From the NCBI GenBank assembly GCA_963697745.1, contig CAVOPD010000016.1, positions 24,931 to 88,930 on the forward strand: a stretch of 64,000 nt of DNA. The letters run 5' to 3'. Position numbers and translations under genes: made by a program. The notes under the pieces are model-generated. The model was not told the origin of the DNA, searched no databases, and saw nothing but the letters and a program-made list of their open reading frames with translations. The DNA comes from an uncultured Acidobacteriota bacterium. GTDB taxonomy: Bacteria > Acidobacteriota > Vicinamibacteria > Vicinamibacterales > CAVVIG01. Positions 1 to 10,807 of this stretch are shown here, in pieces (the stretch's first letter is position 1; each line of letters starts with the position of its first letter).

Positions 1-1
1 T

Positions 2-403
2 GCAGACCTACCGTTGGGGATGGCCAACGACAGTCTTCCAAACACTGGCGGCATCGTCTCCAGGCAGCAAATCGTCGATCGCGCGGAAGCCTTCATCAAA
101 AGCCACATCGGCGACCCGATCGCGATAGCGCAACTGTGCCGGGTGACAGGCGTGAGCGAGCGCACGCTGCGCTCCGCGTTCAACGACATTCGCGGGAAAA
201 GCCCGATGCGGTTTCTCATGGAGGCGCGCCTGGGTCGGGTCCATGACGCGCTCCAGCGTCACCGCCGCGGCCGGGCAACCGTCACGGCCGTCGCCACCGA
301 TTACGGCTTCTACGAACTGGGTCGATTCGCCGGCAAGTACAAGGCGATGTTCGGCGAACGCCCGTCCGACACGGTGCGGTCCAGGGCGGAGCTCTCGATG
401 TGA
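2..403 (+). CDS. AraC/XylS-family transcriptional regulator, C-terminal HTH portion (5' end outside window)
   Basis: ORF 14..403 stays open in frame to the window edge. It carries the AraC double-HTH signature (IAQLCRVTGVSERTLRSAF ... GKSPMRFLMEARL ... VATDYGFYELGRFAGKYKAMFGERPS). Confidence 0.75.
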   Translation, partial: ADLPLGMANDSLPNTGGIVSRQQIVDRAEAFIKSHIGDPIAIAQLCRVTGVSERTLRSAFNDIRGKSPMRFLMEARLGRVHDALQRHRRGRATVTAVATDYGFYELGRFAGKYKAMFGERPSDTVRSRAELSM

Positions 404-561
404 TCGGCGCGGCGGGCAAACCGGCGGACATGTCATCCAGCCGGCACGCGCGTGCCTGCCGAAACTGCATAGCCGTCTCGGGGACGGGTCGCTACATTCC
501 ATCTGTGTTGCTGTCACCAGGCGCTCCGTTGCTCTGGCGGGGCATTCCGCGCGCGCTGGTG

Positions 562-1470
562 ATGGCGGGAGTGTTGTGCCGCCTGCTGCGCGCAACTCCC
601 GTCGCCGCCCAGGAGCTGGAGCCCAAGGCCTATTCAGCGGTGCCGATTGGCGGCAACTTCCTGGTGACCGCCGGCAGCTGGTCCAAGGGTGGCGTGCTGT
701 TCGACCCGACCCTTCCCGTCAAGGATGTCGACGCGACCGTCGGCTCGATGGTGGTGGGCGTCGGGCATTCGTTCGGGCTCTTCAACCGGCTGACGCGAGT
801 GCAGGCAACCTTCCCCTTCGCATTTGCCGACTTCTCCGGAACGCTTCGGGGCGAGCAGACCACACGCTCTCGAACCGGGTTCGCCGATTCGCGTTACGAA
901 ATCTCCATGAACGTCTGGGGCACCCGCGCGCTGCTTCCGCGGGCATTCGCGGCGGCTCCGCGCCGGACCACCGTGGGCTGGCGGCTCGCGGCCGTTGCCC
1001 CGACCGGCCAGTACGACGGCACCAGGGTCCTCAACATCGGCGCGAACCGGTGGGCGTTCAGGCCTGAAGTGGGCGTGTCCTGGCCGCACGGCCACTGGGA
1101 CATGGACGGGTACATCGGCACGTGGCTCTTCACGAAGAACGCGGATTTCGCCCCTGGCGGGTTGCTGCGAACCCAGGACAACGTACTGACCGTGCAGGGC
1201 CATCTCGTCTACACGTTCCAATCGCGAATGTGGGTCACCCTGGACGGCACCTACTACCGCGGCGGAGCAGCCACCGTCGAAGACGGCGCGCCCGGCACGA
1301 GCCTCAGTAACTCCCGTATCGGCAGCACGCTCTCAGTGCCATTCGGCTCACGCTACTCGGCCAAGTTCTCCTACAGTTCCGGCCTCGCTGTTCAGACCGG
1401 CACCAACTTCAAGACGGTCACAGCCGTCTGGCAGGTCCTGTGGCTCAGTCCGCGGTTCGCGGGCAGGTGA
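562..1470 (+). CDS. Outer-membrane beta-barrel protein, MetA-pathway/'transporter' OMP family-like
   Basis: Part of ORF 400..1470. The ATG at 562 gives a signal peptide (MAGVLCRLLRATPVAAQE). Alternating beta-strand pattern throughout. Family assignment is by pattern recall only. Confidence 0.6.
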   Translation: MAGVLCRLLRATPVAAQELEPKAYSAVPIGGNFLVTAGSWSKGGVLFDPTLPVKDVDATVGSMVVGVGHSFGLFNRLTRVQATFPFAFADFSGTLRGEQTTRSRTGFADSRYEISMNVWGTRALLPRAFAAAPRRTTVGWRLAAVAPTGQYDGTRVLNIGANRWAFRPEVGVSWPHGHWDMDGYIGTWLFTKNADFAPGGLLRTQDNVLTVQGHLVYTFQSRMWVTLDGTYYRGGAATVEDGAPGTSLSNSRIGSTLSVPFGSRYSAKFSYSSGLAVQTGTNFKTVTAVWQVLWLSPRFAGR

Positions 1471-1545
1471 ATCGCCGTTGGCACGCCTGTCAGCCGGCCG
1501 GGCCCCGTATGTCACGAGCAACGAGGACGACGTGAGAGTTAACCG

Positions 1546-3036
1546 ATGAAACGAATCCTTCCACCGAGCTTCTATAACCCACTGTCGCTCGTGGGCATGG
1601 TCATCGTGGCGACCAACTTCGCGTTGATCGTCTTCATCACGCTGATGATCATGCTGACGGACCACTCAGGGCCGTACGCCGACATCGTCATCTACTTCCT
1701 GCTGCCGCTGGTCGCGTCCGGCGGAATAGTGCTGATGGTCGTGGGCGCCGTGCTGGAGCGCCGGCGCAAGCGGGCCGGGCTGCCGGAACGGCGGCTTCCA
1801 GTCGTGGACTTCAACGACGCGCGTCAGCGCACAACCGTGCTGACCCTGGTCGCGACGTTCGTGGTGCTGACGCTCGCGTATGCGTTCGCGGGCTACAAGA
1901 CCTACGAGTTCTCGGAGTCGACGCAGTTCTGCGGAACCACCTGTCACGGGATCATGAAGCCGGAGTTCACCGCGCACCGGGTGTCGCAGCACGCCGAGGT
2001 GGACTGTGTCGAGTGCCATGTCGGATCGGGCGCGAAGTACTTCGTCGAAGCGAAGTTGGGCGGAACGCGCATGCTGATGGGCACCCTGACCGGGCGGTAT
2101 TCGCGTCCCATTCCGGTGCCGGTTCACAACCTCCGGCCATCTCCGGAAACCTGCGAGACCTGTCACGGCCCGCGGATCCAGGCCACGCAGCGGCTCGAAT
2201 CTCATACCGTGTACCGCACGGACTCGGCGAATACCCCCTGGACGGTCGATCTGATCCTCAGGATGGGCCAGGTGGAGGGCGTGACCGATCCTCCGGCGCG
2301 GATGCACTGGCACTCGAGTACCACGCGCCAAATCCAGTACGCCACAAGCGACGGCAAGCGCGTCGACATCCCATGGCTGCAGGTGGAGCGCCTGGACGGC
2401 ACGGTCCGCACTTATCGCCGCACCGACAGCACAGCGACCGCCGAGGAACTGGCCGCGCTGCCGCGCCGGACAATGGACTGCGTGGATTGCCACAACCGCG
2501 CCGGCCACTACATCCGTCCGCCCGCGCAGGCGGTGAACGAGGCCATGTCACTGGCATTGATCGATCCCGCGCTGCCCGATCTCAAGCGCGTCGCCGTGGA
2601 AGCGCTCGATGCGGACTACGCCACCCGGGACGCCGCGCATGCCGACATCCGCAACCGGATCGAGACGCTGTACCGCGACGATCACCCGACGGTGGCCACC
2701 GCGATGAAGCCGCAAATCGACCGGGCGATCGTGGAACTGCAGAACATCTACGATCGCAACTACGACCCGTTCATGAAGACGAACTGGAAGAGCTATCCCG
2801 ACAATGCCGGGCACATGTACTCGCAGGGCTGCTTCCGCTGCCATGACGGCAAGCACGTGGCCGACGATGGTCACGTGCTGTCGAACGACTGCACGCTCTG
2901 CCACACCCTGGTCAAACACGACGTCGCCGACAATGGCAGAAGCGCTGTTCTCACGCTCATGGACTATCCGCATCCCGAGGATGTCGGAGACGCTTACAAG
3001 GAAGCGTTGTGCTCGGATTGCCATGGCGCCAACTAG
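1546..3036 (+). CDS. Inner-membrane heptahaem c-type cytochrome with NapC/NirT-like region (ImcH-like architecture)
   Basis: ORF 1546..3036. Three N-terminal hydrophobic helices followed by seven CXXCH motifs (CGTTCH, CVECH, CETCH, CVDCH, CFRCH, CTLCH, CSDCH). Length 496 aa. Confidence 0.75.
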   Translation: MKRILPPSFYNPLSLVGMVIVATNFALIVFITLMIMLTDHSGPYADIVIYFLLPLVASGGIVLMVVGAVLERRRKRAGLPERRLPVVDFNDARQRTTVLTLVATFVVLTLAYAFAGYKTYEFSESTQFCGTTCHGIMKPEFTAHRVSQHAEVDCVECHVGSGAKYFVEAKLGGTRMLMGTLTGRYSRPIPVPVHNLRPSPETCETCHGPRIQATQRLESHTVYRTDSANTPWTVDLILRMGQVEGVTDPPARMHWHSSTTRQIQYATSDGKRVDIPWLQVERLDGTVRTYRRTDSTATAEELAALPRRTMDCVDCHNRAGHYIRPPAQAVNEAMSLALIDPALPDLKRVAVEALDADYATRDAAHADIRNRIETLYRDDHPTVATAMKPQIDRAIVELQNIYDRNYDPFMKTNWKSYPDNAGHMYSQGCFRCHDGKHVADDGHVLSNDCTLCHTLVKHDVADNGRSAVLTLMDYPHPEDVGDAYKEALCSDCHGAN

Positions 3037-3136
3037 CAGGCGAACGTGACCACCAGGCCAAAAGCACCAGCCACGAACAGACCGCGGCGCTGAAGATGCC
3101 GCGCCGCGTACATTGCCGCTTGCACGGAGGTCCTCG

Positions 3137-4165
3137 ATGCCAGTAGCCGACTACGCCAAGTACTGCGAGATGCTCGACCGGGCGCGAACGGGCAAGTTCG
3201 CCTATCCCGCCGTCAACGTCACGTCGCTGACCACCGCCAACGCCGTACTGAAAGGGCTGGCGGACAGCCGGAGCGACGGAATCATCCAGATATCAACCGG
3301 CGGCGCCGCGTTCGCCTCGGGCGTGGCCGTAAAGGACATGCCGCTTGGCGCCATCTCGATCGCCGAACATGTCCACCGCGTCGCCGAGCGGTATCCGATC
3401 TATGTGGCGTTGCATACCGACCACTGTCAGGCCGACAAGCTGGACACGTTCGTGCTGCCGCTGGTCGAGGAGACCGAGCGGCGACGGGCCGAGGGAAAGC
3501 CGAATCTGTTCACCGGCCACATGTTCGACGGCAGCGCCCTGCCGTTGAAGGAGAACCTGGATATCGCGGTGAAGCTGCTCGAGCGCTTCGCGAAGAGCGA
3601 GCTGATCCTCGAAATCGAAACCGGCGTGGTCGGCGGCGAGGAGGATGGCATCAAGGCGAGCGCCGCCGCAAAGCTCTACACCACGCCCGAGGACACGCTG
3701 GAGGTCGCACGCCGGCTGAACGCGATCAAGGGCGGCCGTTACCTGCTGGCGGCGACGTTCGGGAACGTCCACGGCGTCTACAAGCCCGGGCACGTGAAGC
3801 TTGCCCCCACCATCCTCAAGGACTGTCAGGACGCCGTCGTCAGCAAGTACGGCGACTCCGCACGCTTCGATTTCGTGTTTCACGGCGGATCGGGTTCTGA
3901 ACTCCGCGATATCCACGAGGCGATCGATTACGGCGTCGTCAAGATGAACGTCGACACCGACATGCAGTACGCGTTCAGCCGCGCGATCGCCGATCATTTC
4001 TTCAGGAATTACGACGGCGTGCTGAAGGTGGATGGCGAGGTGGGCAACAAGAAGACGTACGACCCGCGCTCCTATCTGGCCAGTGCCGAAAAGGCGCAGG
4101 CCGCTCGCGTCGTGCAGTCGGTGAAGGACATGAAGGCAGAAGGAACGACATTGGCGTCGAGGTAG
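3137..4165 (+). CDS. fba: Fructose-bisphosphate aldolase, class II
   Basis: ORF 3113..4165. ATG at 3137 preceded by GGAGG at 3126..3130. N-terminus MPVADYAKYCEMLDRARTGKFAYPAVNVTS...IIQISTGGAAF is typical of class II FBA. Confidence 0.9.
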   Translation: MPVADYAKYCEMLDRARTGKFAYPAVNVTSLTTANAVLKGLADSRSDGIIQISTGGAAFASGVAVKDMPLGAISIAEHVHRVAERYPIYVALHTDHCQADKLDTFVLPLVEETERRRAEGKPNLFTGHMFDGSALPLKENLDIAVKLLERFAKSELILEIETGVVGGEEDGIKASAAAKLYTTPEDTLEVARRLNAIKGGRYLLAATFGNVHGVYKPGHVKLAPTILKDCQDAVVSKYGDSARFDFVFHGGSGSELRDIHEAIDYGVVKMNVDTDMQYAFSRAIADHFFRNYDGVLKVDGEVGNKKTYDPRSYLASAEKAQAARVVQSVKDMKAEGTTLASR

Positions 4166-4191
4166 GCGCGGTATCGTCAGGAGAGAACCGT

Positions 4192-5187
4192 ATGGCTCGA
4201 ATAGCGATTCATGGTTTCGGCCGCATCGGGCGGTCATTGATGAAAGTGGCACTCCGGAACGACCTGTTTGTGCCGGTCTCCGTCTCGGACATCAAGGATG
4301 TGCCGACGCTCGGGGCACTGTTCGAAGTGGATTCCAACTACGGGCGGTGGGCCGAGGAGGTCGCCACAGACGACGGCGGCTTCATCATCGGCGGGCGTCA
4401 GATCCCGTATTTCAACTCGATGAAGGCGCTGCCCGACTGGAAAGCCCTCGACGTCGACCTGGTGATCGATTGTACCGGGCGAGCGAGCACGCGTCCCGGC
4501 GCCCAGGCCCATCTGGATGCCGGAGCCAAACGGGTGCTCGTCAGTGCCCCGAGCAAGACGCAGAACGATTGCGACGCCGTGCTGCTGCCGGGCATCAATC
4601 TCGAGACCTACAATCCGGCGGCACACAAGATCGTCAGCATGGCGAGCTGCACGACCAACGCGCTCGCTCCGGTCGTCAAGGTGGTGATCGAGAACTTCGG
4701 CATCAGGACCGGCCTGTTCTCGACGATCCACGCCTATACGAATACCCAGTCGCTCACCGATCAGCCAATGAAGGACCGGCGCGACTCGTGGGCGGCGACG
4801 GAGAACATCATTCCGTCCTCGTCGGGCGCGGCTCGTGCGCTGGCGTTCATCTGGAAGGGACTGCAGATCTCGGGCAAGGCGTACCGCGTCCCCACGCGCA
4901 CCGGCAGCATCGCGGAGCTGAACCTGCTCACCGAAAAGCCGGTCACGGTCGACGCGATGAACGACGCTTTCCGCAAAGCCGCCGGAAATGCCCCGCTCAA
5001 GGGAGTGATGAGCGTTCTCGAAGGTGAATGGGCCTCGTCGCGCATCGTCGGCGATCCGCATTCGTCGATCGTGGACCTGCCATTGACGGCAGTCCAGGGC
5101 GACCTGCTGTCGGTGGCCGCCTGGTATGACAACGAGATGGGCTACGCCACCCGCCTCGCAGAGACGGCAGCGTTCCTCACCAGGTAG
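4192..5187 (+). CDS. gap: Glyceraldehyde-3-phosphate dehydrogenase, type I
   Basis: ORF 4192..5187. GFGRIGR NAD-binding motif and catalytic SCTTNALAP motif. Confidence 0.9.
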   Translation: MARIAIHGFGRIGRSLMKVALRNDLFVPVSVSDIKDVPTLGALFEVDSNYGRWAEEVATDDGGFIIGGRQIPYFNSMKALPDWKALDVDLVIDCTGRASTRPGAQAHLDAGAKRVLVSAPSKTQNDCDAVLLPGINLETYNPAAHKIVSMASCTTNALAPVVKVVIENFGIRTGLFSTIHAYTNTQSLTDQPMKDRRDSWAATENIIPSSSGAARALAFIWKGLQISGKAYRVPTRTGSIAELNLLTEKPVTVDAMNDAFRKAAGNAPLKGVMSVLEGEWASSRIVGDPHSSIVDLPLTAVQGDLLSVAAWYDNEMGYATRLAETAAFLTR

Positions 5188-5217
5188 AACTCCAACAGCA
5201 AACAGAACTCGCCACCA

Positions 5218-5302
5218 CGGAGGACGCGGAGTCGGCTTAACTCAGCGTCCTCTGAGTCCTCCGCGGTAGCGTCGCGTAAACGGCGGGTTAGAAAACCCGC
5301 CG
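5218..5302. terminator. GC-rich stem-loops between convergent gap and sdaA (likely bidirectional terminator region)
   Basis: CGGAGGAC (5218..5225) pairs with GTCCTCCG (5256..5263). A second hairpin is CGGCGGGTT-AGAA-AACCCGCCG at 5281..5302. No clear T-tract. Confidence 0.4.
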
Positions 5303-5322
5303 CTACGCATCCGTTCAGCGCG

Positions 5323-6939
5323 TCAGCAGAGCACCAGCGACACCGCGAGGCCGCCTTCGGACGTCTCCTTGTACTTGGTATTCATCTCCTTCGCGGTGAG
5401 CGCCATGGCGCTCACCGTCGTGTCGAAGTCGACGCGGCGGTCGATCGGGATCTCGTTGCTGGCGATCATGAAGCCGGTCCAGGCCTTCACTGCGCCAAAC
5501 GCGCAACGCTCGATGCACGGCACCTGCACGAAACCGGCAACCGGATCGCACGTCATGCCGAGGTGATGCTGCAGCGATGACTCCGCTGCGTTCGCCACCA
5601 CCTGGTTATCGAAGTCGTGTGCCTCGGCCAGGAGCGCGGCGCCCATCGCCGAGGCGACGCCGATCTCGGCCTGACAGCCGCCTTCCGCGCCCGACAGCGT
5701 CGCGTTGTGCTTGCACAGGTACCCCACCGCCGCGGCGGCGAGGAACCCGTTGCGGATCTTCTCCTGCGAGAGCTTCCGGCCTCCCTCGCCCAGCGCGTAG
5801 ACGAGCGCCGGCATCACGCCCGCCGACCCACCGGTCGGCGCCGTCACCACCAGATGGCCGCGGGCGTTCTCTTCCGAGCCTGCCAGGGCATAGGCCGACA
5901 CGACGCCGATGCCGCGCTGCGCCTCGTACTTGTCGTCCATCGCGCGCTTATAGACCTCGCCGGCCTTGGTCTTGAGCTTGATCGGTCCGGGCAGGGTCGC
6001 CGGCGGAGCGTTGAGTCCGGACTTGACGATGTTGACCATCGCCAGCGCGATCTTGTCGATGAAGGCGTTGACCTCGGCTTCGCTCTTGCCGGACACCGCC
6101 ACTTCGTTGGCCATGACGAGCTGGGCGACCGACAGCTTGTCGCGGTCGGCGTGCGCCTGCAGTTCCTTCATCGTGGCGTACGGATACTTCGGCTGCCCCT
6201 TCTTCGGCGGCTGATATCCCTTCCACTCGATGAACCCGCCGCCGACGGAGTAGTACTCCTGCTCGAGCAACACCGCGTCGCCGGCCATCAGCTTGCAGGT
6301 CATCGTGTTCGGGTGCGGGAAATCGCCCTTCGGCGAGTCGTAGATGATGTCCTTCAGCGACACGTTGAAGGTGCTGGCGCCCAGCTTCACCGGGAAGCTC
6401 TGATCCGGCTGCGCCGCGAGGCTGTCGAGGAACGCCGGTTCGACCGTCGCCGGTTCCTTGCCGATGACTCCGGCCAGCGCGGCTCGCTCGGTGCCGTGGC
6501 CCTTTGCCGGTGGCGCTGAGGCTGCCGAACAGGTGCACCTTGATCGCGGTCGCTTTCGCCAGCTGGTCGGCCGGCAGCTTCGTGCAGCGCTGGTAGAAGT
6601 CGTAGGTGATGCGCATCGGGCCGATCGTGTGGGAGCTCGATGGTCCCGGGACCCACCTTGTAGAACTCCTCCAGGGTCGTCATGACCGGGCCCTTCGACT
6701 TCTTCACGACGTCGAGCTCGGTGGAGAGGGGCGGCTCCGCGACCGTCGGCGCCGGCGCGGTGGCCGCCTCGGTCCGTTCCTTCTCCGACACCGAGCAGCC
6801 GGTGATGATCGCCGCGGAGGTGATGACGGCGCTGCGCATCAGGAACGTGCGGCGGTCCACACCCGGACGGGATGCCGGTCAGGTTGAGCTCCTCGTCCGG
6901 AAGCAGCGGCGTTGCGCGATTCGATTTGTCAGTCTTCAT
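5323..6939 (-). CDS. sdaA: L-serine ammonia-lyase (Fe-S L-serine dehydratase) with N-terminal Tat/lipoprotein signal; frame-disrupted (about 3 indels)
   Basis: Fragments are ORFs 5323..6939, 5948..6616 and 6387..6860. The spliced protein reads ...FYKVGPGPSSSHTIGPMRITYDFYQ...SATGKGHGTERAALAGVIG...CQAEIGVASAM...LVLC. ATG at 6939 has a perfect SD (AAGGAG-N5-ATG). Signal: DRRTFLMRSAVITSAAIITGC. Confidence 0.8.
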   Translation of the reverse strand: MKTDKSNRATPLLPDEELNLTGIPSGCGPPHVPDAQRRHHLRGDHHRLLGVGEGTDRGGHRAGADGRGAAPLHRARRREEVEGPGHDDPGGVLQGGSRDHRAPTRSARCASPTTSTSAARSCRPTSWRKRPRSRCTCSAASAPPAKGHGTERAALAGVIGKEPATVEPAFLDSLAAQPDQSFPVKLGASTFNVSLKDIIYDSPKGDFPHPNTMTCKLMAGDAVLLEQEYYSVGGGFIEWKGYQPPKKGQPKYPYATMKELQAHADRDKLSVAQLVMANEVAVSGKSEAEVNAFIDKIALAMVNIVKSGLNAPPATLPGPIKLKTKAGEVYKRAMDDKYEAQRGIGVVSAYALAGSEENARGHLVVTAPTGGSAGVMPALVYALGEGGRKLSQEKIRNGFLAAAAVGYLCKHNATLSGAEGGCQAEIGVASAMGAALLAEAHDFDNQVVANAAESSLQHHLGMTCDPVAGFVQVPCIERCAFGAVKAWTGFMIASNEIPIDRRVDFDTTVSAMALTAKEMNTKYKETSEGGLAVSLVLC

Positions 6940-7044
6940 GATTGCTCCTTAAGTGGTTTCCACCATGGCACGGACGTCAGGTCGGCTGCGTCAGGTCGCT
7001 GAATTCTGCGCTTGATGCGTCCATGCGCGTATTCGTCATCGTGG

Positions 7045-7893
7045 TCATCTCACATCGCCTCGACGCCCATGCGATCGGAACCTCGCCACGACTTCGTCAG
7101 TCTGCTCCTGGGACGGCGGCTGCGTGTCGTGCAGCTGGTAGGCCATCCCGAGCTTCTCCCACTTGAAGCGACCGAGCTGGTGGAACGGCAGCACCTCCAG
7201 CCGCTGGACGTTGCCCAGGCTCGCGGCAAACTGCGCGACCCTGGTGATCTCGTCGGGGTGATCGCTCAGGCCCGGCACCAGCACGTAGCGCAGCCACATC
7301 GGCTTGCGCAGCGCGGCCAGTCGGCGCGCGAATGTCAGGACCGGACCGTTATCCCTGCCCGTGATGCGAACGTGCAGATCGGGATCGATCGCCTTGATGC
7401 CGAGCATCACGAGATCGCATTGCTCCAGATCCGTGTCACTGAGCCGATCGCCAAGGTAGCCGTTCGTCTCGAGGTTCGTGTGGATGCCGGACGCCTTGAC
7501 GGCGGTGAACAGTTTGATCACAAAGCGGTCCTGGAGGAGCGGGTCGCCGCCGCTCACCGTCAGACCGCCCTTCATGGTGGCCAGGCCATGCCGGTACTTC
7601 TTGACCTCTTCCACCGCTCGGCCCAGCGGTACCGGGATGCCGTTGTGCAGCTTCCAGGTGTCAGGGTTGTGACAGAAGACGCACTGGAACTGGCATCCGG
7701 TCAGCCACACCACGACGCGCATGCCGGGGCCATCGACCGCCGATCCGGTGGTGTACGAGTGGACGAAGCCAAGTTCGCCGCTCTCCAGCGCCGCGCGGGT
7801 GCCCGACTCTCCCACCCGCTCGCCGAGCGAGACGCGCAGGTCGTAGCGGCTCGCGACCAGCGGCACGTCAGCGTCGGACACGTTCATCGTCAT
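7045..7893 (-). CDS. pflA: Pyruvate formate-lyase activating enzyme (radical SAM)
   Basis: ORF 7045..7947. CX3CX2C cluster motif CQFQCVFCHNPDTW and GGLTVSGGDPLLQ. ATG at 7893 lies 4 nt after the pflB stop. Intact. Confidence 0.9.
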   Translation of the reverse strand: MTMNVSDADVPLVASRYDLRVSLGERVGESGTRAALESGELGFVHSYTTGSAVDGPGMRVVVWLTGCQFQCVFCHNPDTWKLHNGIPVPLGRAVEEVKKYRHGLATMKGGLTVSGGDPLLQDRFVIKLFTAVKASGIHTNLETNGYLGDRLSDTDLEQCDLVMLGIKAIDPDLHVRITGRDNGPVLTFARRLAALRKPMWLRYVLVPGLSDHPDEITRVAQFAASLGNVQRLEVLPFHQLGRFKWEKLGMAYQLHDTQPPSQEQTDEVVARFRSHGRRGDVR

Positions 7894-7897
7894 GGCG

Positions 7898-10166
<2,269 letters not shown>

Positions 10167-10178
10167 GACTGTGCCGTC

Positions 10179-10807
10179 CTATCCTTCGCTCTGAATTCCT
10201 TCGATGTATCCCTGCGCGCCGGTCTGGACGTTGGCGGCGTTCGCTTCGTCGGTGTCGATGTGCATGGCGAGCGCGAAGCTCGGATCCACGCGCACGAGCA
10301 CGTCGCCGAAGACCAGTTCGCGATCGCCGGCGATGCGCACGCGCACGACCGACTTGTCGCGCACGCCGTAGCGGAGCGCATCCTCGGGCGTCATGTGGAT
10401 GTGGCGCAACGCGCAGATGACGCCGCGGTCGAGCGTCACGCTGCCGGCCGGTGCCTTCGAGCGTGCAGCCGGGCGTGTCCGCGATGTCGCCGCTCTCGCG
10501 GATCGGCGGATGCACGCCGAGCTTGAACTGCTCGGTCATCGCGATCTCGATCTGCGTGTATTTGCGCGTCGGGCCCGAGCACGCGCACGCGCTCGATGCG
10601 GCCCTTCGGCCCGACGATGGCGAGCTGCTCCTTGCAGGCGTACTGACCGGGCTGCGACAGGTCGGCGTGCTTGGTGAGCTGATGACCCGGGCCGAACAGC
10701 GCCTCGACGTGCTCCTGCGTGAGGTGAATGTGATGCGCCGAGACCTCGACGAGAAACGGCTGCTGCTTCTGCGCCTCGAGCACCTGCGTGATGTAGGAGC
10801 GGCTCAA
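10179..10807 (-). CDS. pduL: PduL-type phosphate acyltransferase (Pta analogue); frame-disrupted (about 2 indels)
   Basis: Fragments are ORFs 10436..10807, 10135..10539 and 10179..10439. Two PduL repeats: VEVSAHHIHLTQEHVEALFG...LSQPGQYA...VRVLGP and VICALRHIHMTPEDA...AMHIDTDEANAA. TTG start at 10807. Confidence 0.8.
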
